Part shown: piece by piece, positions 1 to 16,405 of the stretch | How the letters are laid out: each line of letters starts with the position of its first letter | Position numbering within the stretch: position 1 is the first letter of the stretch | Source: Zygnema circumcarinatum SAG 698-1b | Taxonomy: Eukaryota > Plantae > Zygnematophyceae | Direction: 5' to 3' | NCBI GenBank assembly: GCA_037447605.1 | Contig: CM074819.1 | Location: 620,001 to 684,000, forward strand | Length of the DNA: 64,000 nt | Position numbers and translations under genes: made by a program | The notes under the pieces: generated by a model | Database searches by the model: none | What the model was told of the DNA's origin: nothing | The model's input: the letters and a program-made list of their open reading frames with translations, nothing else

Positions 1-1406
1 TCAGACAAAAACCTACGATTAGGTCTTTACAGGTGTCTATGTAAGTGCAAAGGACACTCCTTTATGTACACCATCAAAACAGGTATTTTCCGTCAAAAGG
101 GCAACATCTTTTGCTCATGTAAAGCAGTAATTTTCACCTCTTTGGCTCCGTATTTAGCGTGATACTGCGCCTGCACGACGGGACTGAAGAACAGGGAAGC
201 GTTGAAAATAAGATATGACGTATGCTTTGTCAAATTAAAAACCAAAAAGTCAAAATTTAATCCAACCACACTGCACCCACCACCCCCCCCACCCCCCCCT
301 TCTGAAAAATAATCAGCAAAGCACCTTTTGTTTAAAGTTACGAGTTTTTGACAAAATGAAAAAAAGAAAAATTGGACTATCGCTAATTTTCAGGGACTAT
401 TTTAAAAACCCAACTCAGCGTTACACCTAAATTATTACGACGCATTAATTCTGACAATAAGATCTACAAATTAACAACTTAGAGGGGGCAGAACCTCTGT
501 TCTCAACCTCCCTTCAAGCCCTCATTCCCAAAATTCTATCCAGTTCAAAACATTCAGAATAAAAAACAAAAAAAGGGGAGAGGGAGGGGGGGGGAGGGGA
601 AAGAAAGAAGTGAATGTGTTTTACCTTTTCCTTTGAAAATTGAGTATTGCTTGTGGGTAGAAGCTGGATGACCAGGCAATGAAGGCGATCCAGCCGAGCG
701 ATTCATAGAGGAAGTGAAGAAATCCGGAATGCCAAAAAGCTTCGCCATCGTCCAATGCCATCTCTGAAAAAAGCATAGCACTTCAATTTTAGTACTCAGA
801 TAGCAAAAATACTCCTCACCTCTCTCTCGCTCTCTCTCCATCTCTCTCGTTCCGACTCTCTTCTCCTATTCCCCTCCAGCTACTCTCCTCCCCTTCTCTC
901 CCCTTCTCTCCTCTTCTCCGATCTCCCCTCCTCGCCTCTCCTCTCGTCCCTCCTCCCCTCTCTCTCCGCTCCTCTCATCCTTTGCCGTTTTCCCCCTTCT
1001 GTACAAACTCTCCTCTCTTCGCCCCTTCTTTCCTCACTCCCCTCCCTCCCTCCCTTCCACTCTCCCCTTTCTCTCTCCCCTCCTCTCTCCCTTTTTCTCC
1101 CCTGTCCTGCCCCCTCCCCCCCCATAAACCTCGCTCTCCTCCTTTACCACTCTCTTTCTCCTCTCTCTCTCTCCCTCTCTCGCTCTCTCTTGCTCCCCAT
1201 ATCCCACAGCATTCCTTCCTACGGCCTTACCTGCCATCGCACCTCTTTCTCCCAATTCGAGAAGATGAGCAGGCTGTGCAGCGGTAAGCGACGGAATATT
1301 CAAAAGCCAATCTATCTGTTAGATAATAAGAATTCGTGCAGGATCAAAAAAATGTACTTTCTGCACTGTACGAAATGTACGACATGTGTACCTTCTCCGT
1401 CATTTG

Positions 1407-1866
1407 GGTCATACGACCAGGCCTCTTCAAATAGGGGAGATCCCCTAAATATCGTAAATAGCTTATTTATGTAAGATTTTGAGATTAGTTTACGTGATTT
1501 CAACTTAAATACCACACAAGCCCCAAAAAAGCATTTTTTTGGTTAAAAACAAAAAGGAAATGAATTGCATTTGCAACCACGATAGCAATGATGTATATGA
1601 ACTTTACTTGTTGGTATAACAACACGGCTTTAGAAACTGGTGCAACCTNNNNNNNNNNGTCTTTCTCCCATCCAATTACTGAAAAATCAGACTCGACGGT
1701 AGCAGTGTTGGGAAATGATGAAGCAAGGTCTCCACAAAATTCTCGTCCGTACGTGCACGGTTTCGTCCGTACAATCCATATTTACGTGTTTTTACAAAAC
1801 CAAGTTAGGGGACAGTCCCCTATCTTAAGCCGATTTCCCCTATTTGAAGAGGCCTGGTCATACGAC
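1407..1866. mobile_element. Possible MITE / non-autonomous element
   Basis: A perfect 24-bp inverted repeat: GACCAGGCCTCTTCAAATAGGGGA (1415-1438) against its reverse complement (1836-1859). Both ends are embedded in the quasi-palindrome GGTCATACGAC. The interior is non-coding and contains a 10-N gap. Confidence 0.4.
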
Positions 1867-2173
1867 TCATACCTCTGTACAGTAGCCTGTTAGTTGATGT
1901 CGATTTGTTGTAAAGTTGCGAGTACGGAGGAGAGGGAGGGAGAGGGAGCGAGAGAGCAGAGGGAGAGGGAGAGGGAGAGGGAGAGGGAGAAGGAGAGGGA
2001 GAGGGAGAGGGAGGGTGTGAGTGAGACGGAGAGATAGAGGCGCAGACAAGGAGTTCGGGAGGGATACAGGAAAAGAGAGATAGGGACATAGAAGACAGCT
2101 GGGTATAGCGATAGAGCGAGAGAGCGCGAGAGAGAGAGCGAGAGAGAGAGAGAGAGGGGGAGAGAGAGCAGCC

Positions 2174-3961
2174 ATGAACGTTACAAATGTATCCTCTAAG
2201 GAGGAATTTGACAGCTATGTTAAGAAAGCTCCTGCAGTCGCCGTTCATTTTTGGGCTTCTTGGTGCGAGCCCTGCTCTCACATGGACGCTGTATTTAAGG
2301 AATTAGCGGCAGAGAATCCTCCCGCCGTTTTTCTAAGAGTGAGATTCAAAGCATAATAAAAACAATATTAGGGCTAGGTTTGGGTTTTCTACGGATTAGT
2401 TGGTGGGCCCTCTGTACTTTGTTGTTGGAGCAGGTACTGTTCACTTCAAAAGGAGTTAAGAAATTGGAGTTTGAAGAAGTTGGGGTTGGATGTTGTAGGG
2501 TTTACTCAATTGGGTATGTTTTTTTTTTTGTGGGTCTTTAGTTGTTTCTTTTATTATGCGGAAACCCTAAAATCATGTCAACACCTTGAACTTAGTCATC
2601 CCTCTAACCCTAAAACTCAGGATGCCTGAATGTCAAGTAAACAATATGATAAATTGAATCCTTAAAACCTTAAATATTCGGAAAACCTAAATTGTTGTAA
2701 TCACTGTAAACCCTGAAATTCCTAAAGTTCCAAATGTTAATGAAGCATGGCATGTTGTTGCTGATGATGGTGAATGCATGCTTGACACGTGGCAGGTTGA
2801 GGCGGAGGAGCTTCCGGAAGTTTCCGAAAAGTATGAAGTGTCTGCAGTGCCGTTCTTCCTCTTCTTCAAGGTACCTTTCCTCCTCTCTCCCCATCCCGCC
2901 CTCCTTCCCCTCCCTCCCTCCCTCCCTCCTTCCCTTCCCTCCCTCCCTCCCCTCCCTCCCGCCTTCTCTTCTCTACCCGCCCTCCACCTCCCTCTCCCCC
3001 TCCCTCCCTCCTCCCTCCTCCCCCTCCGCCGTCCCCCTCCCTCCCTCCCACCGTCCCTCCCTCCTCCCGCACTTCCACCCACTCCCTTCCTCCCTCCCCC
3101 TCCCTCCCTCCCTCCCTCCCCCTCCCTCCCACTTTCTCCCGCCCTCTTTCCTTCCCTCCTTCCCTCCACGTATGCTCCAAGTCCAAGTCCACTGCCAAAC
3201 TTTCAAAGAAATTCTAAATGCAGAACATAAAGACCGGACCTAAATCATAGCTTGTTGTATCTTTCATACAAGTCCTTCCCTTATTAATTTTTATTTGCAT
3301 TCGATTTTTCTCTTCCGTACAGGGGGGCTCTCTGGTCGACAGGTTGGAAGGTGCGAACGCACCGGAACTTGCAAACAAGGTGATGCGCCACGTGGCAGCT
3401 GCCACGTCAGTAGATGCCACGTCAGCAGGACCCCAACCAGGACCTTCCACAACTGGCTCTGCGGCGGCTCTCACTGTAATTGAAGAAGTTTTAAAATCGA
3501 CCCAAAAAAAAGCAAATCATGGAGGACCCGCCCTCACCCCGGGATTAAAATCGCGAATTGAAACCCTTTTAGGGTCCCATGAAGTAATTCTTTTCATGAA
3601 GGGGAATCCGGAGGCTCCGCGATGTGGGTTCAGCTCAAAAGTGGTGAATGTGTTGAAGGAATTAGGGTTAGATTTTGAGAGTTTTGACATTTTCAGCGAT
3701 GAAGAGGTGAGGCAGGGCTTGAAGGAGTATTCCCAGTGGCCCACTTTTCCGCAGTTGTATTGCAAGGGTGAGCTTGTGGGGGGGTGCGATATAGTTCTGG
3801 AAATGCACAAATCTGGAGAGCTGAAGAAGTTTTTTGAGGAGGAGGAGGTGCTGCCTGGAAAGAAGAAGGCTCTGGAGAAGCGACTGAAGGGGTTGCTGAG
3901 TTCGTCAAAGACTATGCTCTTCATGAAGGTGAGCTGAATCGGAAGAGGGAGAAGACATCTC

Positions 3962-4043
<82 letters not shown>

Positions 4044-4607
4044 CTCTCTCTCTCTCTCTCTCTCGCTCTCTCGCTCTCTCCCCTATCTTTCCTCCCCACT
4101 GTCTCCCCTCCCCTCCCCTCCCTCTCTCCCTCTCCCCTCTTCTCCCATCTCTCCCCCCACTCTCCACTCTCCCCATTCTCTCCCTCTCTCCCTCCCCCTA
4201 ACCTTTGAACGCCCTCCTCCTTTACATGGAGCACTCTGCATCCCAAGATCGATGATGACAGATGCTGTTTTGCATGCGAAACCAGTCGAACCATAACCAA
4301 AAATAAACATTAAAAGGTATATGTATATATATTTCAACCCCCAACTCCCTTTCTTACCCTGCAGGGGACCCCGGATGCGCCCCGATGCGGCTTCAGCCGA
4401 AAGGTGGTCGAGGCTCTGAGGGAGAGCGAAGTGCAGTTTGGGAGTTTTGACATTCTTTCAGATGAGGAAGTGAGGCAGGGCTTGAAGGAGCTCTCTGATT
4501 GGCCCACGTTCCCCCAACTCTACCACGAGGGGGAGCTTGTGGGGGGGTGCGACATTGTGTTGGAAATGCATGCGAAGGGGGAGCTCAAGGAGGCGTTGGC
4601 GGCATGA
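2174..4607 (+). CDS. GRXS17: Multidomain monothiol glutaredoxin (Trx-like domain + 2 CGFS Grx domains), about 362 aa, 4 exons
   Basis: Exons 2174-2338, 2796-2870, 3323-3928 and 4365-4607 join in phase 0 with GT-AG borders. Trx fold FWASWCEPC; two MKG-x-P-x-x-PRCGFS Grx domains, each followed by WPTFPQLY and GGCDI. Confidence 0.95.
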
Positions 4608-5399
4608 TGCATGCATGCATGCATGGGTGCATGGATGGATGCATGGATGGGTGCATGGATCGGTGCATGGATGGGTGGATGGGTGCCATGGTCTATGTAT
4701 GTAAGATGGCCAACATGGCTTGACATAGGGATGGGACATTTGTTGTGGGGAGTGGGAGGAAGCTCATGGGTTTTGTTGTGAGACCCAAAGTACTTAAGGG
4801 ATTTCACTGTCCACAGTGTCCAATGTTCAATGTTCAATGTTCAATGTTCAATGTTCAATGTTCATCATCCTTTGTCCATGGTCAATGTTTCATGTAACAA
4901 TGTCAGATCAAGTCCATCCATACACACAAAGGCACGTTGTCGAACTATATTGTGTGAGCCCATGCATGGTTTCGTGGCTGTCAACCTAGAAGAGGTAAGC
5001 TATTGATGTCTATGTCCATAGATAGCGTTGTATTCCACTTCCAGTTACAGTTACTGTGGTGCAACACAGCTGCGGAATTGCCTTGGGAGACCGTACATTT
5101 TTCGTACAGTTTTAGCGGCGGACGCGGTGAGCCGTCAGATGTTGGTCCGCCGAACAGTGACCGTTAAATGCCATTTTTTATGAAGTGCGTATCGTATCGT
5201 TTCTCACGTATTTCAATATTGAAATCGTTATGAAATTGTATCGTATCGGGATGCCTCGTCAATGTTGACTTACTCTAACTGTTACCCACGCCGTCAACCG
5301 AACCGTTACCCCTTCGTTGTAACCGAAGCCCACTCCCGCTCTCCCCCTCTCCCTCTCTCCCTCTCCCTCTCCCTCTCCCTCTCTCTCCCTCTCTCTCAC

Positions 5400-7958
5400 A
5401 TGTATCTCCCCTCTCTCTGCGTCCTCGGCCTCCGCCTTTACTGGACTCTCTGTGCCGGCGCTGTGGCCGGAGCTCTGCTGCCATGGCGACACGTGGCGCC
5501 CTTTAGGCGGATAGTATGCCACATGGCGGGGAGGGGGAAGCTGTGGAACGTGGAACAGCTCACGCAGAAAAACTCCTCTTCGCTCCTTCATCGCTTATGG
5601 GTAAAATTAAATAAATATAAAATACGAAAAACATGGAACGAACCTGTGGAACGGCCTAATGTTAAGCACAACGACATAGAACTGCTGAGCTCCGTTGACA
5701 TATTCACTTATTCATTTTTACAATTTTGGATTTTTATTCTTTTGGGGTCTGCTTGAAAAAATTAGAAGCATTGGGCGGTGTGGGGCGCGGGGCAGATTTG
5801 GAATATTTCTCAAGAGAAATTTTGGCATTTTTATGCTGTTGGGGCAACGTGGAACTTGGTTCTGCTTTTAGTTTCTGTGCGGAAGTCATCCTTTATTCAA
5901 GTTTCGACCATATTGTTAGCCATGATGCAGCTTCAAGTCACGCGGAGGTTATATGAGTGCTTTCACATCATGAATTTTTCAAGTGCTGCCCGGATGCATG
6001 TTTTGGGCTATGCTTTTGGACTAAGGTAGCTTCCATTCTTTGAGCATTTGAATCTCTCTCTCTCCCTCTCTCTCTCTCTCTCTCGTCTTCTGTCCCACTC
6101 TCCTCTCCACTCTCTCATTCCCCTCTCCTTCCCCCTCCCCTTGCCCCCCCCCCCCTCCCCTTGCCCCCCCCCCCCTCCCCCTTCGCTCCCATCCTATCTC
6201 TTTCTCCCCCTCCACCTGAACCTCCCCCTCCTCCTTCCTACCTCTCTCTCCTCCTCCCCCTCCCACTCGGCCTCCCCATCTCTTACTTGAATTCTCTTTT
6301 TCTTGAATTCTCTCTTTCAGAACTGTCTTGTGAGTGTTTGAATTAAAGAGTCAAAAGGAGAAAACTGAGGCTGGGGGTGGTTAAAAGAGCATCAACGCGA
6401 GGCTTACTGTGAGAGGTTTTTTGGAAGTGAAACTTTAAATAGTTACTATTATTGGCTTCCTCCTTTCCTCCCTTCTTTTTTTCGAGGGGAAGTGGACATG
6501 ATGTTTTATGAATGTTTTATGTTTTTCCAGTTATTATGTTGCTGCCCCAGCATCTATATTTTTGTACGAATGGAGTAGAAGTAAGGAGCTTTTCGGCTAT
6601 GAGTATTGCCTTACAGCAGGAGCAATGATTTTTCTATGGGGGAGTTGGCACCAATGGAGATGTCACTCCATTTTGGTGAGAGAGTCATACATGGAACTTC
6701 AGAACTTCAACATAGGACTAGAGCGGGAGCGGGAGAGAGAGCTACGGATTGGGGGGAAGCGAAGAAAGAGGAGGGAGAGGATAGAGAAAGGTAGGTAATG
6801 GGAGAGAAAGGTGGGGGGGGGGGGGGGGGGGNNNNNNNNNNAAGGAAAGGGGTCGGAGAGGTGAGAGAATAGGGAGATTAAGGGAGAAAGGGGAGGGAGA
6901 GGGACTCGGAGAGGAGTGGGGGGGAGAGGGGGAGAGAACGAAAGACCGGCGAGAGGGAGAGAGTGAGAGAGTATGAGATGGAGAGAAAGGGGAGAATGGA
7001 GAGAGACAGAGGTGGAGTTCCTCTCAAATAAGATCCTTTTGTGGAACTTGGCAGGGCAGTCTTCGGAAAGGACAAAGGAGTGATGGAGCTAAGGAGTACT
7101 TCATTCCTCGGGGAGACTGGTTTGAGTACACATCTTGTGCGCACTATTCCGCTGAGATTGTAAGGTCCCCTCTCTAACTCGATAGTGGGGTTTCTCCAAC
7201 GGGTTGAGTCTTTTGGGCTGGCAGAACTTCATCGTTAACGTTTTGTGTTTAGTGGTTTATAGGGCTTGAGGGGGAAAGAAGTGATTTTTTTCAATATTCA
7301 GTTAGTCAATTGGAAATTTAACTAACGAACTTTCCGTCGCCTCTATGGTGCAAATGTTGTCAAAGAAAGATAAATCGAAACAAGCTAAGAAGATTTTTGT
7401 TGCGGATTTTACTTTTCAGGTGATCTATGGAGGGATTCTGATCGCAAGCGGAGGATATGATGTAACCTTATGGCTTATGTTCGCATGGGTTGTATGTCCT
7501 CCCTCCCTCTCGCTCTTGCTATTGTTCTCATTCTCTCACCCGCTCTCACCCGCAATCTCACTCTCTCACACTCTTCATTCTCCCTGCCTTTCTCCCTCTC
7601 TCTGTCCCTCTCCTCGCCCTGTCCTTCTGCCTTCCCTCCCTCTACCTCCCTTTCTTCCTCTTAGATTCATTCTATAACTCTCTTTCGTTTCTTTTTAATT
7701 TTCTCTCACTCTCACTCTTACAGGCAGTTAATCCTTCAGTTTAGTTTCCATTCCACATTCTGTCTTACCCCCCCCTTTAAAATGTTAAAGCCAATTGATA
7801 CCCGTTTCTAAAGCATAGCATCTGATTTGAACAAACTCGATACATTGCTGCAGGTCTTGAACCTGTCTTTATCCGCTAAGGACACGCACAAATGGTACAA
7901 AAAAAGATTTCAAAACTATCCGCAAAATAGATGGGCCATAATCCCTCTCGTCTTATAG
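5400..7958 (+). CDS. PPRD: Polyprenol reductase (SRD5A3/DFG10 family steroid 5-alpha-reductase-like), about 6 exons
   Basis: Exonic motifs include GRGK, FWHFY, LQVTRRLYEC, MHVLGY, WGSWHQWRCHSIL, YFIPRGDWFEYTSCAHYSAEI, VLNLSLSAKDTHKWY and YPQNRWAIIP. ATG at 5400, TAG at 7956-7958. Internal exon borders were not all fixed to the base. Confidence 0.9.
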
Positions 7959-8244
7959 TGCAAGTTCTGTACATCCAAGATTGATCTGAGACAGAGAAAA
8001 ACGACCTTCTAAAGGTAGCTTTTAACTAGAATCGGTACTCAGAGTGCTTCCATCAATAATTTTCCATTTTTTTACAACATTCACCGAAAATGGGTTTTTG
8101 GTCACTACAACCAATCGTTCAAAAGGGTTTGTAAAAAAAAATTACAAGAATGTGTGAATCTTAAATTTATTCATAAATAAATGTATTTTCTTATAATGAG
8201 CAGAAGCTACATGTGGCCGTTGAACTGTCAGTTGAACGGTTAGC

Positions 8245-13151
<4,907 letters not shown>

Positions 13152-13389
13152 GGCTGCCGTGAAGGCCTTCCTCCTGCAGAGAGAGAGAGAGAGGGAGAGT
13201 GAGCGAGAGAGACAGAGAGGGAGAGAGAGAGAGAGCGAGGGAGACGTGGCAGCGTCTGGGGAGGCCATGTGGCACGCGCAGACGCAGAAGTTGGAGGACA
13301 GGTGGCGGACGGCGATTGGGTGTTTGCAGAACGGCGCAAGTACACATAGAACACCCAGACACTCCCATACCTCTCCCCTACCACTCTGT

Positions 13390-13745
13390 GCCCCAGGCCA
13401 CACTGTATTGAAGGCCTCTGTATCTATACGGCTCCTCTCTCCTTCTGATACTCTCGAGCACGGCCATGGCTCCCTCCACCCAACTCACAGACCTTCCAAG
13501 GCAGATATGACCATATTGTACATCACCAAATCAGGTCTACTTCCATAGTCATAGAGGCCCTCCCAGTTCCCCCCTAACGCAGGGGTGGGGGGGCGTAAAC
13601 TTTGATGGTCAGCACCAAATGCAGGAAAGGTGAAGGAGGCCACGGTGGAGTTTGAGAGTCGTCTTGCAGAGGGACTGGAGGGGAACCATTTGACATGCAC
13701 CATAATGATTGATGCCCTTCGGGAAGGCGGGCAAGGTGAGCGAGG
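13390..13745. pseudogene. Decayed pentatricopeptide-repeat (PPR) fragments on both strands
   Basis: Plus strand about 13618-13745 reads AGKVKEATVEFESRLAEGLEGNHLTCTIMIDALREGGQGE. Minus strand about 13390-13560 reads GSRPDLVMYNMVISAL, then in shifted frames WVEGAMAVLESIRRRGA and DTEAFNTV. Stops and frameshifts interrupt them. Confidence 0.55.
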
Positions 13746-14389
13746 CTCTGGCCTTAAGGGCATAATCGAACGCGGAGGCAATCCTGGGGTGCCTTGTTTG
13801 TTTATCGTGTATGCCTTGTAAGGCGGTGGGGTGGGGGGGGGGGGGAAGGGGGGGAGGGTAGAGGAGGCTGAGGCCCTTCACGAGAGGAAGCAGAAGACGG
13901 ACAGGATGAAATCATACACTCAGCGGAAACGTTCATCTGAATTGAATACGTAAAGTGTGTGATGAATGTGTATGTGCGAGTGTGTTTGTTATGACATGTG
14001 TATGTGTCCATACATATAAGTATGTGTAAGCGTGCGTGACAGTATATGTGATGATACGTGCATGTGCATGAATGCGAGTCATAAAGGGGTGATAGAGACA
14101 TGAGCACCGCAGGGAAAGAGAAAGTGGAAGCTGGCCACGCCAACGTGCCAATGGATCATCCATCAGGATGCTTTAGCTGATTTCAGCTTAACTGCACATC
14201 TCACTATCATGGGGATTAATGTCTTACAAGGCCTCCTTCAGTGGAGCATCATCCACAAAGCCATGCACAGCTGCTTTGCTGCAGGGAATCCCTCCTATCT
14301 CAGGTCTCATCTATCTTGTCATTCCAAAGCATGGCGTTCTATCTGACTGCCATCCACCATAAAGCGTCCATGTTGACCTTTCGAGAACC

Positions 14390-15078
14390 TTACTGAATCT
14401 TTCCAACTCCAAAGGACATATTCCACAATCCGCGAACCTGCATCCAACATGAGCCAAATCATCGGCAGACAAATCTTTGGACAACAAAACTGAAAAACTT
14501 AACCTATCGCGATGATTAAAGCGCACTGCAGATCAACTGAATAGAATCAACTAATGTTAGCAACCATTGACGGTTTGACGCAGCAAACGATTGATCGAGA
14601 ACTATAATCTGGAGTGAATGTGGTCTAACAAAGGGAATCTTCAAATGAAACAAAATACACTTTTGAAGATGAACCTCTGACAAAAGATCATATCGCAAGT
14701 CCTGCAGAAAAAAGCTTTGGAATCGTCGTATATCTGCAGTATTTAAGAAGGCTTTAAGCGAGCAAAATATACACCAGCGCGTTTTCGAACAGACAGGCAC
14801 TCATGCAAACAATGAAGAGAGGGAGACGACCGGGGGAGTGAGGGAGAGAGAGAGAGAGAGCGAGCGAGAGAGATAGAGAGAGAGAGAGCGTGTGTGTGAG
14901 AGAGAAAGAGAGAGAGAAAAGCAATGCCCAGTACCATGAGTACACCCGCCACGCCGACCAGAGTCGCAGGCACAATGACCGAAGTAAGCCGGTCGCCTGG
15001 CGCCTTCATATGCGTCAACTTCTTGATGGACTGGAAGTACTTCTGCTTCTCAAGCACAGACTTCGTTGCTTCATCCAT
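14390..15078 (-). CDS. COX7a: Plant-type cytochrome c oxidase subunit VIIa-like, 63 aa, 2 exons
   Basis: Exon 14935-15078 MDEATKSVLEKQKYFQSIKKLTHMKAPGDRLTSVIVPATLVGVAGVLM joins in phase 0 to exon 14390-14437 VRGLWNMSFGVGKIQ*. This matches the plant EKQKYFQ...T.LK...D...GRG..NMS.G.GK pattern. Confidence 0.88.
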
Positions 15079-15279
15079 GGCGCTCCTCCTCCTCCCCTCC
15101 TCCTCCCAAATTTGCAGGCGAGATTATGCGAAATGCCGCTCCCTGCTCGCTGCTCCCTGCTCCTTGCTCCCTGCTCCTTGCTCCCTGCAGTCAGTCAGAG
15201 TGCTGTTTTTAGGGTTTGGTTGGTTTTAAGCGACCTTCTCCTCCCTCACCTCATCAGACATCTGCCCTGCAGGAAAAAA

Positions 15280-15836
15280 GTACAACCATGTACGGAAGGA
15301 CACCCGTACGGCCGCACCAATTGTACGGTATACAGGACCCCCCCCCCCCAATATTTTCGCCATGGTTGTATTGGGCGGAAATCTTGGAATTTGCAAATAT
15401 AAGGAAGTCCGTGTTAACAATAGGCGGGCGGTATTATGTTAGAGTCCGGCATGCGGCCGTACTGTTTCTCTCTGTACGGAGGCACATGGCCGCCCGGCGG
15501 TCCCTGTTGCGAGCTCCTATTGGTCCGTACATTTAAAAACACGAGCTCGATTGGAGCCGTACATATACCGTACGATTACGAGCTTTTATCCGTACTTACC
15601 GTACATGGGAATAGCGTGACCCATGTTTGAAAGCCGTTTCTGTTAACAGATTTTGTATTGGAAAATAGGTCAGGTAAGGTTAACACCCCTAATACATTAA
15701 CACAGACTTACCGTACAAAAAAGTGGTTTCGGCAAAATCAGGGCGAATTTCCTGGGGAACGCAAGTAAGAGGGTGGAAAATATTCGGGGCGGCTACTGTA
15801 ATACGGTTTCGTACGGAGAATAAGTTAGTTTCGTAC
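15280..15836. promoter_or_regulatory. Dense GTAC/CCGTAC cluster in the COX7a-COG5 divergent promoter (SBP/SPL-box-like)
   Basis: I count 14 GTAC tetramers in about 560 bp, against roughly 2 expected at uniform base composition. Most occur as CGTAC or GTACG. Confidence 0.5.
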
Positions 15837-16405
15837 ATCAAAGTTGACCAAGTGACTGATGGACTTTTGATTGACCGACTAATCAGCTAGCTGACTAGTC
15901 AACTGACCCTTTGGGCTCGTAAACGAGAGAGTGCGCATAGAACGAGCGGCCCTTAGCCCTAATTGTTTTTTATTACCGGGGGACCAACATTGGTGGCTTT
16001 TTTCGCTCTCAGCTGCCATCCATGGCGGGCGGCATGGGGATGGGGATGGGGATGGGGTAGAAGTGGGGGAGGGAGAAAGGCGGGGCCGAGGTCATGCATG
16101 ATGCCATGCATCTGCATTTGTAGTGTATCTGAGCTTGCGTGAGACAGAACCTGGAAGCAAGCAAGCAAACATACATACAAACATATCTTTGCGGCATTCG
16201 AACAATTGCAGAGGAGTTCACAGCGCAGCATTTGCCCTAAATGTGTCAAAAGACTCTGCATCTCCTGTCCCTCCCCTGATCGCATCTGATCCAGCATAAA
16301 GTCCCTCCCTCCCTTCCTCCCTCCCTCCCTCCCTCCCTCCCTCCCTCCCTCCCTCCCTCCCTCCCTGTTCATGCTGCCCTCCATCCCATCCCATCCGTAA
16401 AGTAA

